Of a stretch of 64,000 nucleotides of DNA, positions 1-13,000 are shown piece after piece. The stretch's first letter is position 1, and each line of letters begins with the position of its first letter. The position numbers were made by a program, and so were the translations under genes. This stretch comes from Candidatus Hodarchaeota archaeon. GTDB taxonomy: Archaea > Asgardarchaeota > Lokiarchaeia > Sigyniarchaeales > SOKP01. The DNA lies in assembly GCA_048886685.1 (NCBI GenBank), contig JBHLKM010000006.1, positions 1-64,000 on the forward strand, given 5' to 3'. The notes under the pieces were generated by a model that searched no databases, was not told where the DNA came from, and saw nothing but the letters and a program-made list of their open reading frames with translations.

Positions 1-3000
1 GCTATAAACTTGCATCAATGCCTTATCATTTATGGAAATTTCTTCGGGATATTTAATTAAAAGTTCTGTTCCTACTCGTTCATCCCATTTCATCACTAGA
101 ATACCTAGTGGCTTTTGATCTTGAGACTTCTCAGGTTTATGTTTTAGCTTTATTTTAAGTGGTTTTTTACTTGTTTTAATTTCGATGCCTAATATATCTC
201 CTAATGAAAGTCCGATAGTACTCCATTTATCTCTAATTATCTCTCCAACAAAAACTTCTTTTGTTTGATATAATAGAGACTCTGAGATCGATTTTCCACC
301 TTTAATTTCTTTTTGCATCTGTCTTATATTTTTAACAAAGGTTGGAATTGTCGCATGTTTATATACCCTATAGCCTACTATGCTTCCCACGGTTGCAAGA
401 ATAGCAAATGTGATGATCAAAAAGTAGAAAGTTGGCATACCAGGGAAAATTTCTTCCATTTCAACTATAATTGTAATAATAAACTCTTCTGAGATATAAT
501 CTTCTCTAGTAATATTGATAATTCCCGTAAGAGTTTTTGAAGTGAAAAAAGCGTTCACATGGCTAGTGGGGAAATTAAGAATGTATGTCCCATTAATATC
601 CTCAATGAACTGATATTCAATACCACTTATTATTAGTTTAACAGAAGCATTTAAGAGAGGGATCCCTTCTTTCGTAAGATCTGTTAAATTGATCGCAATT
701 TGAACTATTTTTCCTTGGACAACATGTGTTTGAAAATTCTTAAAATTATTGCCCAAAGAATACTCAAGTTCTCGCATCTTAATAGAAAAACGAATCATTG
801 CATTTTTGTATTCATAATTATCCTTGTCTAAAGTAACAATTAATAAATATTCGCCAACAGTTCTGACTTCAGAGTCAAAATCTAAAATAAGAGAGTTGTC
901 ATATGCTTGAATTAATGTTCCTTCACCATTCGCAGTTACATTTCCATTCACATCATATTTCTCCCACATATAGGATTGAGTGGTTAAATCTGCGATTCTC
1001 GCACCTGTTAAGGCATCTGTATAGAAAAAGGTAAAATTAATTGCATCTTTAACATACATAGATTCTATTACTTTAGTAATTGTAGATTCCCCATTTATTA
1101 AGGTTAAACGATTCAATACAATGATATCCAAATCCTTTGATGCAGGATTATAGTTCTCATTATTTGCCCAAAACCTTACAGTATAATGGTCTGCATCTAT
1201 TAAAGAAGTGTCTATTGCTTGCAAATGGTAACTCAAATCGGGATAATATTCAACTATACCAGATATTCCAGGAGCTTCTCTAATCATATATGTGATCTCT
1301 CCTAAAGTTTCATAAGTACCTGTTCTTGAATAACTTATTTTGAAGGAGAGAGTAAAATTAACCGGTTGGTTAGTTTCTATCATAGCTGTGATTACAGTAT
1401 CTTTATTGAAACCGCTTAATGAAAACGTCCCTTGACCTAGAAGAGTATTAGAAATCTGAAATGTTTGGCCTCCAATGGTAATATTCATTGCAACTTCTGA
1501 TGGAAAGAGGTACTGGTTGCCACTTTTTATACCATTAATCAATAACTTCGCAAAGGTTTCTTTCCAATCGTTATTATTTAGACCCAATTGATAGGTTCCA
1601 CCATTAGGGACATTACTCTGTGTGTATGAAATATTCATGGTTTCTAAGCAGTTATTCTGGTAAAACTCTTGAATATACTCAACCTTAATTATTGCATTAA
1701 AAATGATATTTGGGTTGCTTTCAACAACAAATAGGTATTGATTGTCTATTGGGTATATGATTCTATCATCTATAGTTAATACTCCATTTCCATTCTCATC
1801 TCCAGAATTCAGGGAATATCTAAGACCATCAGCAATGGTAATGTTCAAAGTAGTAAGAACTGATAGGTTTACTTTCTGCCATGTAGAGGTGTCGTAGCAA
1901 TTTTGTATTATAAAGCTAACATTCTTAATTGCCCACCCTTGAGATTCTGATAAAATAGAAATTGTGTCTGAGATGTTAAATTTCATATACTGAACATTAA
2001 TTTCATTTCTAATGAAAGATGCATCGGCAACAATATCTATTGTGTTATCAAATGTTCCACTAATAATGAATTCGAAATAATTATCCTGGGTAGGGCTTTC
2101 TTTATCGATATTTAGGGTTATCCCTGTCCATACGCCCAGATTGTAGTCCCATCCAGCATGATTGGAAATGTTAAAAATTCTATTGACTCCAAAGGGATCT
2201 AAGATTGATAAATTTATATCAGACGCATTTACATTCCAAGAGATATTATATATATTGAAAGTAATCTTTGATAGATTCCAGCTAATGTAAATATTTGGGA
2301 GAGAAAACCTAAAACTGTGATCGGTACTCTGAAAAATATTTATTTCGGTAGTAAAACTTTCAGTAATTTCCCCATAAGCTTTTACTGATAAATCGATATT
2401 ATCTGACCAGTAGACTGATTGTATTGAGTCATCATTTTGAGATTGATTTATTATTAAATCATTTTTTAATACATTTAATTGCAGGAGTAACTCTTGAGGG
2501 ATCGAATATCCCGCTTTTTGAGCTGAAACAAAAATTAAATAAGTTACATCGCTTTCTAAATTTTTTGTATTGATAATTGAATAGTGTGTTCCAGTATAGT
2601 AACTTTCAATATCCAAAGTTTCAGATTGAATAAGATCTGCACCTTTAAATATTTCATATGCCATTAAATCGCTATAGGTCGGACCTAACAATTGTTCAGC
2701 TCCTATTGCTTTACTCACGTTAAATAAAATCCTTAACTTTAACTGAGAGCCCCATTTTACTGATATATATTCTGATGGGTTAAAAGAGATAAGTTCGGTT
2801 TCATAATTTTCTAATGAAACTTCAATATAAATGTAAAAGTCTTCTGTAGCAGATATTGTAAAATTGGCTTCTGTAACTAACGTTTTAGTAATACCGGTCA
2901 TATTAAACCACCTTGAAGCTCCGAAAAATTCAAGTTGTATTGAATAATTTCCATTTATACCAGAAGAATTTAGCCACCTTAGTGTTGCTTTTCCATCGTT

Positions 3001-6000
3001 ATTTGTTGTTAGATTTACAATACTTTCCTCCGTATTTGTATTAGTTAATAATAATTTTACCCCACCAACTGGTTCTTTAGTAATAAGTGTCAGAATATTA
3101 AAGTTAATTGTTGTCAAACTCGCTTGGACTTGAATTGAAGAATTTGGTGTAGTTAGATCCCCTGATGCAACTTTTATGATATTTGGATTATAATTGTTAT
3201 CTTGATAATAGACGGAATAATTATATTCATAAGGCGTAGTCTTCTTCCACCAAAATCGAGCGTGTCCATTACCATCAATCGAACAGTTTTGAAGTTCATG
3301 GGTGTTATTGCCAACTACAATCCAACCAGTATCCAAGAAAGCATCGTCTAAATCTACAACTTCAAAGAAATTCGAACTAACATTGCAAATTAAGTCGACA
3401 ATTTGAAATGATTGATTAACATTGATAGCTTCAGGTGTGATATTGATAATTTCAATATGATTTCCTATATCTGATGTAATACTAACGGTGAAATTATATT
3501 CTCCTTGAATCATATTCATGAATAAACTATTTCCACTAGAATCAGTACGATTACTTCTCATTAGGATAGTTTGATTATATATTGAGATATTTGCAGAAGA
3601 AATTGGATTTTTATACAAATCAATCGCCTTAACTTGAAGATTGCTATACAATATTCCCGCGACCCCCTGTTCTTGCCCTATTGAGTAAAATGAATTAGGA
3701 TCATATTGGTTATAATACTCTGTTTTAATCCAATGTTTTGAGTGAGAGATGTTTAAAACCCTAACCTCATCTAAAAGCCCATCAAAATCATATGTAGGAT
3801 TGGCACATTGAAAATCTTGATCTCCTGCAATGCTAAGCATAGTGCTTATATCTGTTCCGGATCCAATTTCTACACCGTTTTTATAGATATGAATTAGATC
3901 ATTCGTTCTATCAACGATTCCTACGATATAAATCCAAGAATCAAATATTATACTAGCGCTGGGGCTCCCAACATTACTAATTCCATCAGTAATATGAAAT
4001 GAAAAGCTATCTCCTGTTGTTGGAGTTCCAAAACAATAACCAGGGTCAAAAATACTAGACGCACCCTTGTAGAGAGGAAGTTGTAATGCCCCTGTACTTG
4101 TATCAATATTTATCCACATACTAACCATGAAACTGTCTGTACCGAAATCAAGATGTCCATCTGCAGGATTACCCACGTTGAAAGTACCATCAGTACCATA
4201 ATTGTATGCATTTCCGATCTGACCTGTCGATGGTCTTAGTACTGTACCGGTAACAATGCCATTTTCATTATAGGAAGTAGAATCTTCTGTAATCCCACCA
4301 GCTTCTGCAAGGTGCCACACGCCTTTATACGAACCATCCCACACGCCTGTAGGATTCTCACGAGAAGTCATAGTAGAGTTTCCATAATACATTCGAATAT
4401 AGGTATCTAGAGAAGTTGATAGTGCTGGAATTCTTACCCAAGTTACCAATTCCGCATGTGTTCCATTATAATCTTTGTTAAATAATTCAATTTCATAGTC
4501 CAGCCAATTAGGTCCTAAGGCAAAAGCGATATCATCACCATCTGCTTGTACGTCACTGTGTAAATCAGAATCAAAAATAGAAATTAGTAGGGGAAAGTTT
4601 GAATGAACTCCCATTCCAAAAACTCTTGTATGGTCAATTATTATTAATTTATTATAATTGAAAATGTGAGCATTAGAGGGGATATCATTAGTAGTTTCGA
4701 TGACACTACTAATAGAATAAAATAAATTAGGATCTTTTTGATTTTCATATCCAGTAGCAATCCAACCATTAGAACGAGCTACATTAGAGATCCGTACCTC
4801 GTCAATTATGCCATTAAAATCTTCTGAATCAACAGTAATAGCTGAACCAATTGATATGTTTTTGGAAGATTGTATAATTTGACCAGGTGTATTATCTAAT
4901 TCTGAATTAGCTAACGAACCGTCAGTATAAATAAGTAATTGTGAAGAATCTCTCACTCCAACTAAATGATGCCAATTATTACCAGTAATCTCGGAGTTAG
5001 AATATACTGTTTGCTGCGCTCCTGAGATTTTCATTGTGAATCTCCCCTCGTTTAAATGACCAGTATCGTCACAAATATTTATCGCCCATGCTTCTGTATC
5101 ATAATATAAACTCTGTGTTACAATATAATAATCATCAGGTATTGTTGAATCGGGAGTTTTCATCCAAACCTCAACGGTAAATTCTATTAGTTGAAGCTCA
5201 TTACCAGTACCAGGCATTTCAATATAGTCTGTTTCTGCTCGAACAAACTCATGACCACCATCTATCATTGAAGATGAGGTGGATGAAGCACCTGTAACAA
5301 TACCATCATAACCATTAAAAGTTGAGTCAAATACAGGTCCACTTATTTCACTCAAATGCCAAACACCAATATAATTTGAATCCCAAACCCCATGAACGTT
5401 TTCTTGAGATTCCATCGAGGAATTTCCGTAATACATACGAATTTTTGTATCTTCAAATGGAGAAAGTTTCGGAATACAAACCCAAGCTACCAGTTGAGCA
5501 TGCGTACTATTATAGTTTTTATTAAACAATTCAATTTCATGAAATAACCATGAAGTACCATTATTAAAAGCGATATCATTACCATCTAATTGAGTTTCAT
5601 TATGTAAATCTGCGTCAAAAATAGAAATCAATACTGGAAAGTTAATTAAATTACTTGTTCCAGAAACCTTCGTATGATCAAATGTTATTTCTTTAAAATA
5701 TTTAAAATCAAAAATGTTAGGGACATATACTTTTTTAGCATAACCTACAAAAATAAAATTATCTGGATCATTTTGGTTGTTATATTCCGTTTTAACCCAA
5801 TCTGATGATTGTGGTATATCTAAGATACGAAATTCATCAATAATTCCTTCAAAAGGCTCATTCCATATACTATTTCTAGCGAGCCAAATGTCTTTATTAC
5901 TATCTGGAATATTTCTCGTATCTGAATAAGTACCAACCAAATTTCCATCCCTAAAAAACCTCATTTGATTTTTATCATACGTTCCTACAATATAGTACCA

Positions 6001-6960
6001 TGTATTTATTGAAAGCACAATATCAGATTGGGCTTGTTCATTATACGTTGAGTCTCCAGCAAAATCTATTCTAAAAACTGCACGATCAGAATTTGGGGCA
6101 TCAGTAGCCCTAGCATATAATTGCCAGTCATACCAAGAATCATCAAGATTATTTCTTTGAGCAATGGTATGCCAACTTTGATCCAATCGGGTAGGATAGA
6201 TCCACGCACTTACTGTCATAAAATTAGAATTTAAGGGATCAGGAAATCGAATATAATCATCATTACCATCAAATTCTATACCACCATTAATTTTGCCAAA
6301 AACTTGATCACTACTAGACATAGATCCTCCTGAAGTACCATCCTTACTGTTTAATGTACTATCTTTAATTTGTGGTGATAACACAGATGGATCCTCTTCT
6401 AAATGCCATACCCCCTTATAATTTTCATTCCATACTCCTGTAGGATTTTCTCGAGTTTCCATAAAGGGATTTCCATAATACATTCGAATTTTTGTGTCAT
6501 TTGTCGGAGAAAGTACTGGAATTCGCACCCAGGCAACCAGATGGGCATGAGTTGCATTATATGCCTGATTATACAATTCTATTTCATGATCTAACCATTG
6601 AAAATTATTGGAAAAAGCAATATCATTACCATCAGACTGAGTGTTATCATGAAGATCTGAATCAAAAATTGATATTAATAGAGGAAAATCAACAAAATCT
6701 TCTGTACCAGAGACTCTTGTATGATCAATTGTGATTATTTTATAATATTCAAAATCTCCAGCATTACTTGGATGATTTGTAGAAGCTAGTGGTTTTTCTC
6801 TTTCCGAATATACTTCAGTATTACCTTTTTTATTCATTCTATTAAGCAGTGTAAACAAAGTAGAATTGAAACTCATCACAATGATTAGTATGATTAGCAA
6901 GTATCCTAGGGATTTGGTTCTGTTAATTTTCCATCTGAAATTCTTTTTATTTATTATCAT
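1..6960 (-). CDS. Giant type-I membrane protein, paralog A: 3x DUF2341+LamG ectodomain, stalk, TM, start of cytoplasmic longin-like domain; 3' end runs off the window
   Basis: Manual translation from ATG at 6960 (in-frame alternative ATG at 6978): MIINKKNFRWKINRTKSLGYLLIILIIV...FPLLISIFDSDLHDNTQSDGNDIAF...; the frame is still open at position 1 (...ISINDKALMQVYS), collinear with 7092..15053 (2320 vs 2328 codons to the same residue). Absent from the ORF track because there is no stop in the window. Confidence 0.93.
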   Translation of the reverse strand, partial: MIINKKNFRWKINRTKSLGYLLIILIIVMSFNSTLFTLLNRMNKKGNTEVYSEREKPLASTNHPSNAGDFEYYKIITIDHTRVSGTEDFVDFPLLISIFDSDLHDNTQSDGNDIAFSNNFQWLDHEIELYNQAYNATHAHLVAWVRIPVLSPTNDTKIRMYYGNPFMETRENPTGVWNENYKGVWHLEEDPSVLSPQIKDSTLNSKDGTSGGSMSSSDQVFGKINGGIEFDGNDDYIRFPDPLNSNFMTVSAWIYPTRLDQSWHTIAQRNNLDDSWYDWQLYARATDAPNSDRAVFRIDFAGDSTYNEQAQSDIVLSINTWYYIVGTYDKNQMRFFRDGNLVGTYSDTRNIPDSNKDIWLARNSIWNEPFEGIIDEFRILDIPQSSDWVKTEYNNQNDPDNFIFVGYAKKVYVPNIFDFKYFKEITFDHTKVSGTSNLINFPVLISIFDADLHNETQLDGNDIAFNNGTSWLFHEIELFNKNYNSTHAQLVAWVCIPKLSPFEDTKIRMYYGNSSMESQENVHGVWDSNYIGVWHLSEISGPVFDSTFNGYDGIVTGASSTSSSMIDGGHEFVRAETDYIEMPGTGNELQLIEFTVEVWMKTPDSTIPDDYYIVTQSLYYDTEAWAINICDDTGHLNEGRFTMKISGAQQTVYSNSEITGNNWHHLVGVRDSSQLLIYTDGSLANSELDNTPGQIIQSSKNISIGSAITVDSEDFNGIIDEVRISNVARSNGWIATGYENQKDPNLFYSISSVIETTNDIPSNAHIFNYNKLIIIDHTRVFGMGVHSNFPLLISIFDSDLHSDVQADGDDIAFALGPNWLDYEIELFNKDYNGTHAELVTWVRIPALSTSLDTYIRMYYGNSTMTSRENPTGVWDGSYKGVWHLAEAGGITEDSTSYNENGIVTGTVLRPSTGQIGNAYNYGTDGTFNVGNPADGHLDFGTDSFMVSMWINIDTSTGALQLPLYKGASSIFDPGYCFGTPTTGDSFSFHITDGISNVGSPSASIIFDSWIYIVGIVDRTNDLIHIYKNGVEIGSGTDISTMLSIAGDQDFQCANPTYDFDGLLDEVRVLNISHSKHWIKTEYYNQYDPNSFYSIGQEQGVAGILYSNLQVKAIDLYKNPISSANISIYNQTILMRSNRTDSSGNSLFMNMIQGEYNFTVSITSDIGNHIEIINITPEAINVNQSFQIVDLICNVSSNFFEVVDLDDAFLDTGWIVVGNNTHELQNCSIDGNGHARFWWKKTTPYEYNYSVYYQDNNYNPNIIKVASGDLTTPNSSIQVQASLTTINFNILTLITKEPVGGVKLLLTNTNTEESIVNLTTNNDGKATLRWLNSSGINGNYSIQLEFFGASRWFNMTGITKTLVTEANFTISATEDFYIYIEVSLENYETELISFNPSEYISVKWGSQLKLRILFNVSKAIGAEQLLGPTYSDLMAYEIFKGADLIQSETLDIESYYTGTHYSIINTKNLESDVTYLIFVSAQKAGYSIPQELLLQLNVLKNDLIINQSQNDDSIQSVYWSDNIDLSVKAYGEITESFTTEINIFQSTDHSFRFSLPNIYISWNLSKITFNIYNISWNVNASDINLSILDPFGVNRIFNISNHAGWDYNLGVWTGITLNIDKESPTQDNYFEFIISGTFDNTIDIVADASFIRNEINVQYMKFNISDTISILSESQGWAIKNVSFIIQNCYDTSTWQKVNLSVLTTLNITIADGLRYSLNSGDENGNGVLTIDDRIIYPIDNQYLFVVESNPNIIFNAIIKVEYIQEFYQNNCLETMNISYTQSNVPNGGTYQLGLNNNDWKETFAKLLINGIKSGNQYLFPSEVAMNITIGGQTFQISNTLLGQGTFSLSGFNKDTVITAMIETNQPVNFTLSFKISYSRTGTYETLGEITYMIREAPGISGIVEYYPDLSYHLQAIDTSLIDADHYTVRFWANNENYNPASKDLDIIVLNRLTLINGESTITKVIESMYVKDAINFTFFYTDALTGARIADLTTQSYMWEKYDVNGNVTANGEGTLIQAYDNSLILDFDSEVRTVGEYLLIVTLDKDNYEYKNAMIRFSIKMRELEYSLGNNFKNFQTHVVQGKIVQIAINLTDLTKEGIPLLNASVKLIISGIEYQFIEDINGTYILNFPTSHVNAFFTSKTLTGIINITREDYISEEFIITIIVEMEEIFPGMPTFYFLIITFAILATVGSIVGYRVYKHATIPTFVKNIRQMQKEIKGGKSISESLLYQTKEVFVGEIIRDKWSTIGLSLGDILGIEIKTSKKPLKIKLKHKPEKSQDQKPLGILVMKWDERVGTELLIKYPEEISINDKALMQVYS

Positions 6961-7091
6961 CTTATACCTTTTTTTCATATTTAAGTCAAATGTTCTTAAA
7001 AAATCATAAGGCAATTTAGGTATTTATTTTTAGAGTAAGAAAGTAGTAAAAGGAAAAAAAACAATTTTATAGATCCTATATTTTTCTTCTA

Positions 7092-10000
7092 TTATTTTTC
7101 GGATTTCAAATTATAATAGATTTCTTCAAGTAAATTGAGATATTGAAGCAATACTTTATCAGATTTAGACTTTTGATCATTTGCTGACTTAATGACGTTT
7201 ACCAGATATTTAGGGAACAGGAGATCAATAAAGAAGTCTGTTAAGAGCGTATAATATTCTATTCCATTCTCATCCTTGAAGACTTTTATCATATTTGTAT
7301 CCCATAGCTTTTTTAATACCCTATAAATATCACTAACTCCTTTATTTTTTAATTTCTCAAAATCTTTCATCGTAACTATGGCAGTTCTCAATAAACGGAT
7401 TGTTTCATACACTTCAGGATCAATTAAAATGGAGAGAAGCTCAATATTATCCTCTTCGGTTGGGTGATATTCATTAAAGAATTTCTGAACTTCATCTTGA
7501 TAAAGCTTAGTAAGTTGTGCCGGTAAGCCATGATTCACGGGATCTTTAAATAATGTGTCAGGAGGCACCCGCAACATGAAAATATCTTTTGTAAGAAAGA
7601 TGAGTTCGGAAGGAATTCCTTTTACTGAAGTTACTTTTATTATCTCCCACCTAATAAGGTTAGCTAGAATTGCTTCTAGATCGATAATACCTTCTAAATC
7701 TCTATCTTTTACCCAAATATTCAGTTCTGATTTGGTAATCACCCCATAATTTCTTAAGATATTAAGAATCATTCGTTTGATATCGTCATGATAAGAAAAG
7801 ATAAGATTTTGTTCATTAGTAAGAGAAGGATAAACTGATAAACGCTGGAAAAGTGAAGGAATCATTTGTAGATAGGAATCATCATCACGGTTTTGAAGAA
7901 TCACTTGCGCGACATTGGGCATTGCTTCTTCATAGATGTCTGGATCATCATCTAATGTCAAAAATAAAATGATATAATAACCTAATTCTGGTCCTGTATA
8001 ATATGATAAAATATTCATTGAACCGAAGGTAAGATTTATAATTCCTTTTTCCCCAGAATATTCATGAGTGCTATAAATTTGCATCAATGCCTTATCATTT
8101 ATAGAAATTTCTTCTGGATATTTAATTAAAAGTTCTGTTCCTACTCTTTCATCCCATTTCATCACAAAGATACCTAACGGTTTTTGGTCTTGAATCTTCT
8201 CAGTTTTATGTTTTAGTTTTGTTTTAAGTGGTTTTTTACTCTTTTTAATTTCGATTCCTAAGATATCTCCTAATGAAAGTCCGATAGTACTCCATTTGTC
8301 TCTTACTATCTCTCCAACAAAAACTTCTTTCATTTGGTATAATAGGGATTCTGAGATGGGTTTATTGTTTTTGATTTCTTTCTGCATCTGTCTTATATTC
8401 TTAACAAAGGTTGGAATTGTTGCATGTTTATATACCCTATAGCCAACTATGCTTCCAATAATCGCAATAACACCGAAAATAATGATTAAAAAGTAGAAGG
8501 TTGGCATACCAGGGAATATCTCTTCCATTCCAACTACAATTGTTATAAAAAATTCTTCTGAAAAGTAATCTTCCCTAGTTATATTGATAATTCCAGTTAG
8601 AGTTTTTGATGCGAAAAAAGCATTGACATTATTGGTACGAAAATTAAATCTGTATGTTCCGTTAACAGACTCATTGAAATGATATTCAATTTCATTTATT
8701 ATAAGTACTACAGAAGCATTTAACAGAGGAATCCCTCCCCGTGTAGGATCGGTCAAGTTTATTTGGATGGGAACTGTATTACCATGAGCAATGTCTAGTC
8801 GATAATTTTTAAAATTATTGCTTAAGGAGTACTCAAATTCTCGTATTTGGACGGTAAAACGAATCATGGCGTTTTTATATTCATAATTATCTTTATCTAA
8901 TGTAACAATTATTAAATATTCGCCAGCAGTTCTGATTTTAGAGTCAAAATCTAAAACATAAGATCCATCATCTTCTTGAATTAGGGTTCCTTCGCCGTTT
9001 GCTGTAACATTTCCATATAAATCGTACCTTTCCCACATATAATACTGAGTCTTTAAATCTATAATACGAGCCCCTGTTAAAGCATCTGTATATAAAAATG
9101 TAAAATTATATTCATCTTTAATATACATGAATTCTATGACTTTTGCTATTGCTGACTCCCCATTTATCAAGGTTAAGCGTTCAATTACAATAAAATCCAA
9201 ATCTTTTGTAACGGAATTGTAATTTTCTTTATCTACACGAAATCTCATGGTATAATGGTCTGCATCTATTAAAGATGTATCTATCGTTTGAAAATATTCT
9301 CCCAAACTGGGATAATAGCTAACAACTCCAAATATTTGAGGAGATTCTCTAATCACATAGTTTACTGTTCCTAAAGTTTCATAAGCAACATTTCTTGAAT
9401 AACTTATTTTAAAGGAAAGACTAAAGTTAATTGGTTGGTTCGTTTCTATTACCGCTGTGATTATGGAATCTTTAATTAAATTATTTAATGAGATTGTTCC
9501 TTGACCCGGAAGAGTGTTTGATATTGTATATGTTTGACCTCCAATCGTAATATTCATCCCAACTTGAGAGGGATATAGATATTCACTGCCACTTTTTATA
9601 TCATTAACTAATAATTTTGCATAACCTTCCTTCCAATCATCATTTTCTAAACTTAATTGGCAAGTTCCTCCATTTGGAATACTCTGCTGTATATAAGAAA
9701 CATTTACAGTCTCTAAGTGCGTGTTCTGATAAAAAGCTTGGACATATTCAACCTTAATAATGGCATCAAAAATAACATTGGGATTACTTTCAACTGTAAA
9801 TATATATTGATTATCTAAAGAATAAATGGTTCTATCATCTATTATTAATATACCATTACCATTTTCATCTCCAGAATGAAGAGAATATTTAAAGCCATCA
9901 GGAGTAGAAATATTCAAATTAGTAAGAACGGAAAGGTTTACTTTCTCCCAAGTAAGGGTGTTGTAACAGTTTTGAATTATAAAAGTACTATTTTTAATTG

Positions 10001-13000
10001 CCCATCCTTCGGATTCAGATAAAAGAGAAATGGTATTCGAGATGTTATATTTCATGTATTGAACATTAAGATCATTTCTAATGAAGGATGCATCGGCGAT
10101 TACATCTATTGTATTATTGAATGTTCCACTAATAATAAATTCAAAGTTATTATCGTGTGTAGGGCTTTCTTTATTCATAACTAGGGTTAATCCGGTCCAT
10201 ACTCCGAGATTATAATCATATCCTGCATGATTAGAGGTATTAAATATGCTATTGATGCCATAGGGATCTAGGATGGATATATTTATATCAAACACATTAA
10301 CGTTCCATGAGATATTATAAATGTTGAATATCATTTTTGTTAAGTTCCAGTTTGAGTTAATACCTGGGAGCGAAAATCTAAAGCTATGATCGATATCCTG
10401 AAAAATGTTCGTTTCAGTAGTAAAACTTTCAGAAATTTCCCCATACGCTTTTACCGAAAAGTCGATACTGTCTGACCAATAGACTGATTGTATTGAGTCA
10501 TCATTTTGCGATTGATTTAAGACTAAATCATTTTTTAAAATATTTAATTGCAGGAGTAGGTCTTGAGGAATCGAATATCCTGGTTTTTGGGCTGAAACAA
10601 ATACAATATAAGTTACATCGCTTTCTAAATTTTCTGTATTGATAAATGAATAATGAGTTCCCTTGTAATCTTTTTCAATGCCCAAATTCCCAGATTGAAT
10701 AAGATCTGCTCCTTTAAATATTTCATATTTCATTATATCGCTATAGGTAGGGCCTAATAAATGTTCAGCTCCTATCGCTTTACTTACATTAAATAATATC
10801 CTTAATTTCAACTGGGAACCCCATTGAACAGAAATGTATTCTGTTGGATTTAATGAGATGAGTTCTGTTTCATAATTTTCTAATGAAACTTCAATATAAA
10901 TGTAAAAGTCTTCTGTAGCAGATACTGTAAAATTTGTTTCTGAAACTAACGTTTTAGTAATACCAGTCATATTAAAATTTCTTAAAGCTCCAAAGAATTC
11001 AAGTTGTAAAGAATAATTCCCATTTATCCCTGAAGAATTCAACCACCTTAATGTGGCTATGCCATTATTATCGGTGGTTAAGTTAACAATGCTGTCTCCT
11101 GTAGTGGTAGTTAATAATAATTTTACCCCGTCTACTGGTTGTTTAGTAATAAGCGTTTTTATATTAAAATTAACTGTTGTTAAACTCGCTTGGACTTGAA
11201 TTGAAGTGTTGGGTGAAATTAGATCCCCTGATGCGACTTTAACAATATTTGGAATATAATTATTATCTTGATAATAGACGGAATAATTATATTGATAAGG
11301 AAGCGTGTTTACCCACCAAAATCTTGCCTGTCCGCTACTATCGATCGAGCAGTTTTGGAGCTCATGAGTGTTGTTACCAACTAAAATCCATCCAGAATCC
11401 AAGAAAACACCGTCAATATCAACTATTTCAAAGAAATTCGAACTGACATTACATATTAAGTCAACTATTTGAAACGATTGATTGATTAAGATCGCTTCGG
11501 AGGTAATATTTACAATTTCGACGTAATTTCCAATATCTGAAGTTATCGAAGCAGTAAAATTATATTCTCCCTGAATTAAGTTAAGAAATGAGGATATCCC
11601 ATCATTATTTGCTATACCACTTTGGATTAAATTTGTATGATTGAAAATTGAAACATTTGCATAAGGTAAAGAATTTCCATATAAATCCATAACATTAACT
11701 TGAATGTTGCTGTAAATCGTTCCTCCTTGACTCTGCTCATTTCCTATTGAGTAAAAAGAATTAGGATTATATTGATTATAATATTCCGTTTTAATCCAGT
11801 TGTTAGATCGCGTTACATTTAAAACCCTAATCTCATCTAATAAACCATCAAAATCGTATGAAGGATTCGCACATTGAAATTCTCTAGTGCCATCTATAGT
11901 GAGGATTGCACTTATACTTGTGCCGGAACCTACTTCATAGCCATCCTTATAAATACGAATTAAATCGTTTGTTCTATCAACCATTCCTATTATATATGTC
12001 CAAGAATCGAATGTTATAGCGGCACTAGGGCTCCCCACATTACTAATTCCATCAGTAATATGAAATGATAAACTATCCCCCGTTGTTGGAGTTCCAAAAC
12101 AATAACCTATATCAAAAGTACTAGAACCCCCTTTATAAAGTGGAATTTGTAATGCTCCTGTGCTTGTATCAATATTTATCCACATACTTACCAAGAAACT
12201 TTCTGTTCCAAAATCAAGATGTCCATCTGCTGGATCTCCTACACTGAAACTACCATCAGTCCCATAATTATATGCATTCCCTATTTGACCTGTTGTTGGG
12301 CGTAAAATTGTCCCAGAAATAATGCCATTTTCATTATAAGAAGTAGAATCTACTGTAACCCCACTAGTTTCTGCAAGGTGCCATACGCCTCGATAAGATC
12401 CATCCCACACACCATTTGGGTTTTGATGAGAATTCATAGTAGAATTTCCATAATACATTCGAATATAGGTGTCTAGTGAAGCTGAAAGTTCAGGTATTCT
12501 TACCCAAGCACTCAGACGTGCATGTGTTCCATTATAATTTTGATCAAATAGTTCAATCTCGTGATCTAGCCACACAGATCCCAGAGAAAAAGCAATATCA
12601 TCACCATCTGCTTGAACATCATAATGTAAGTCAGAATCAAAAAAAGAGATTAATAAAGGAAAATTAGAATGACCTCCCTCACCAAAAATTCTCTTATGAT
12701 CAACTTTAATAATTTTATAATAATTGAAATAAGATTCATTAGGGGGAATTTCATCTTCAACTTTGGTTTCATTGCTTAAAGAATAGAAATTGTTTATATC
12801 CATTTGATTATTATACTCCGTTTTTATCCAATCAACTGATCTTGCAACTTTTGAAACACGGACTTCATCAATTTGACCAAGCCAAGGATAAGTCCATACT
12901 TCTCCTTCAGGGTGATCACCGTGTCCGATCCTAAAGGGATATGGGAGTGCTGACAAAATATTATCACTTTTGACGAGAGTGTTTGTGTCCTGTACTCCAT

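Noticed and set aside
5322-12667. Short plus-strand ORFs (5322, 6403, 6492, 7555, 11249, 12476)
   Set aside because: Antisense shadows of the two giant genes
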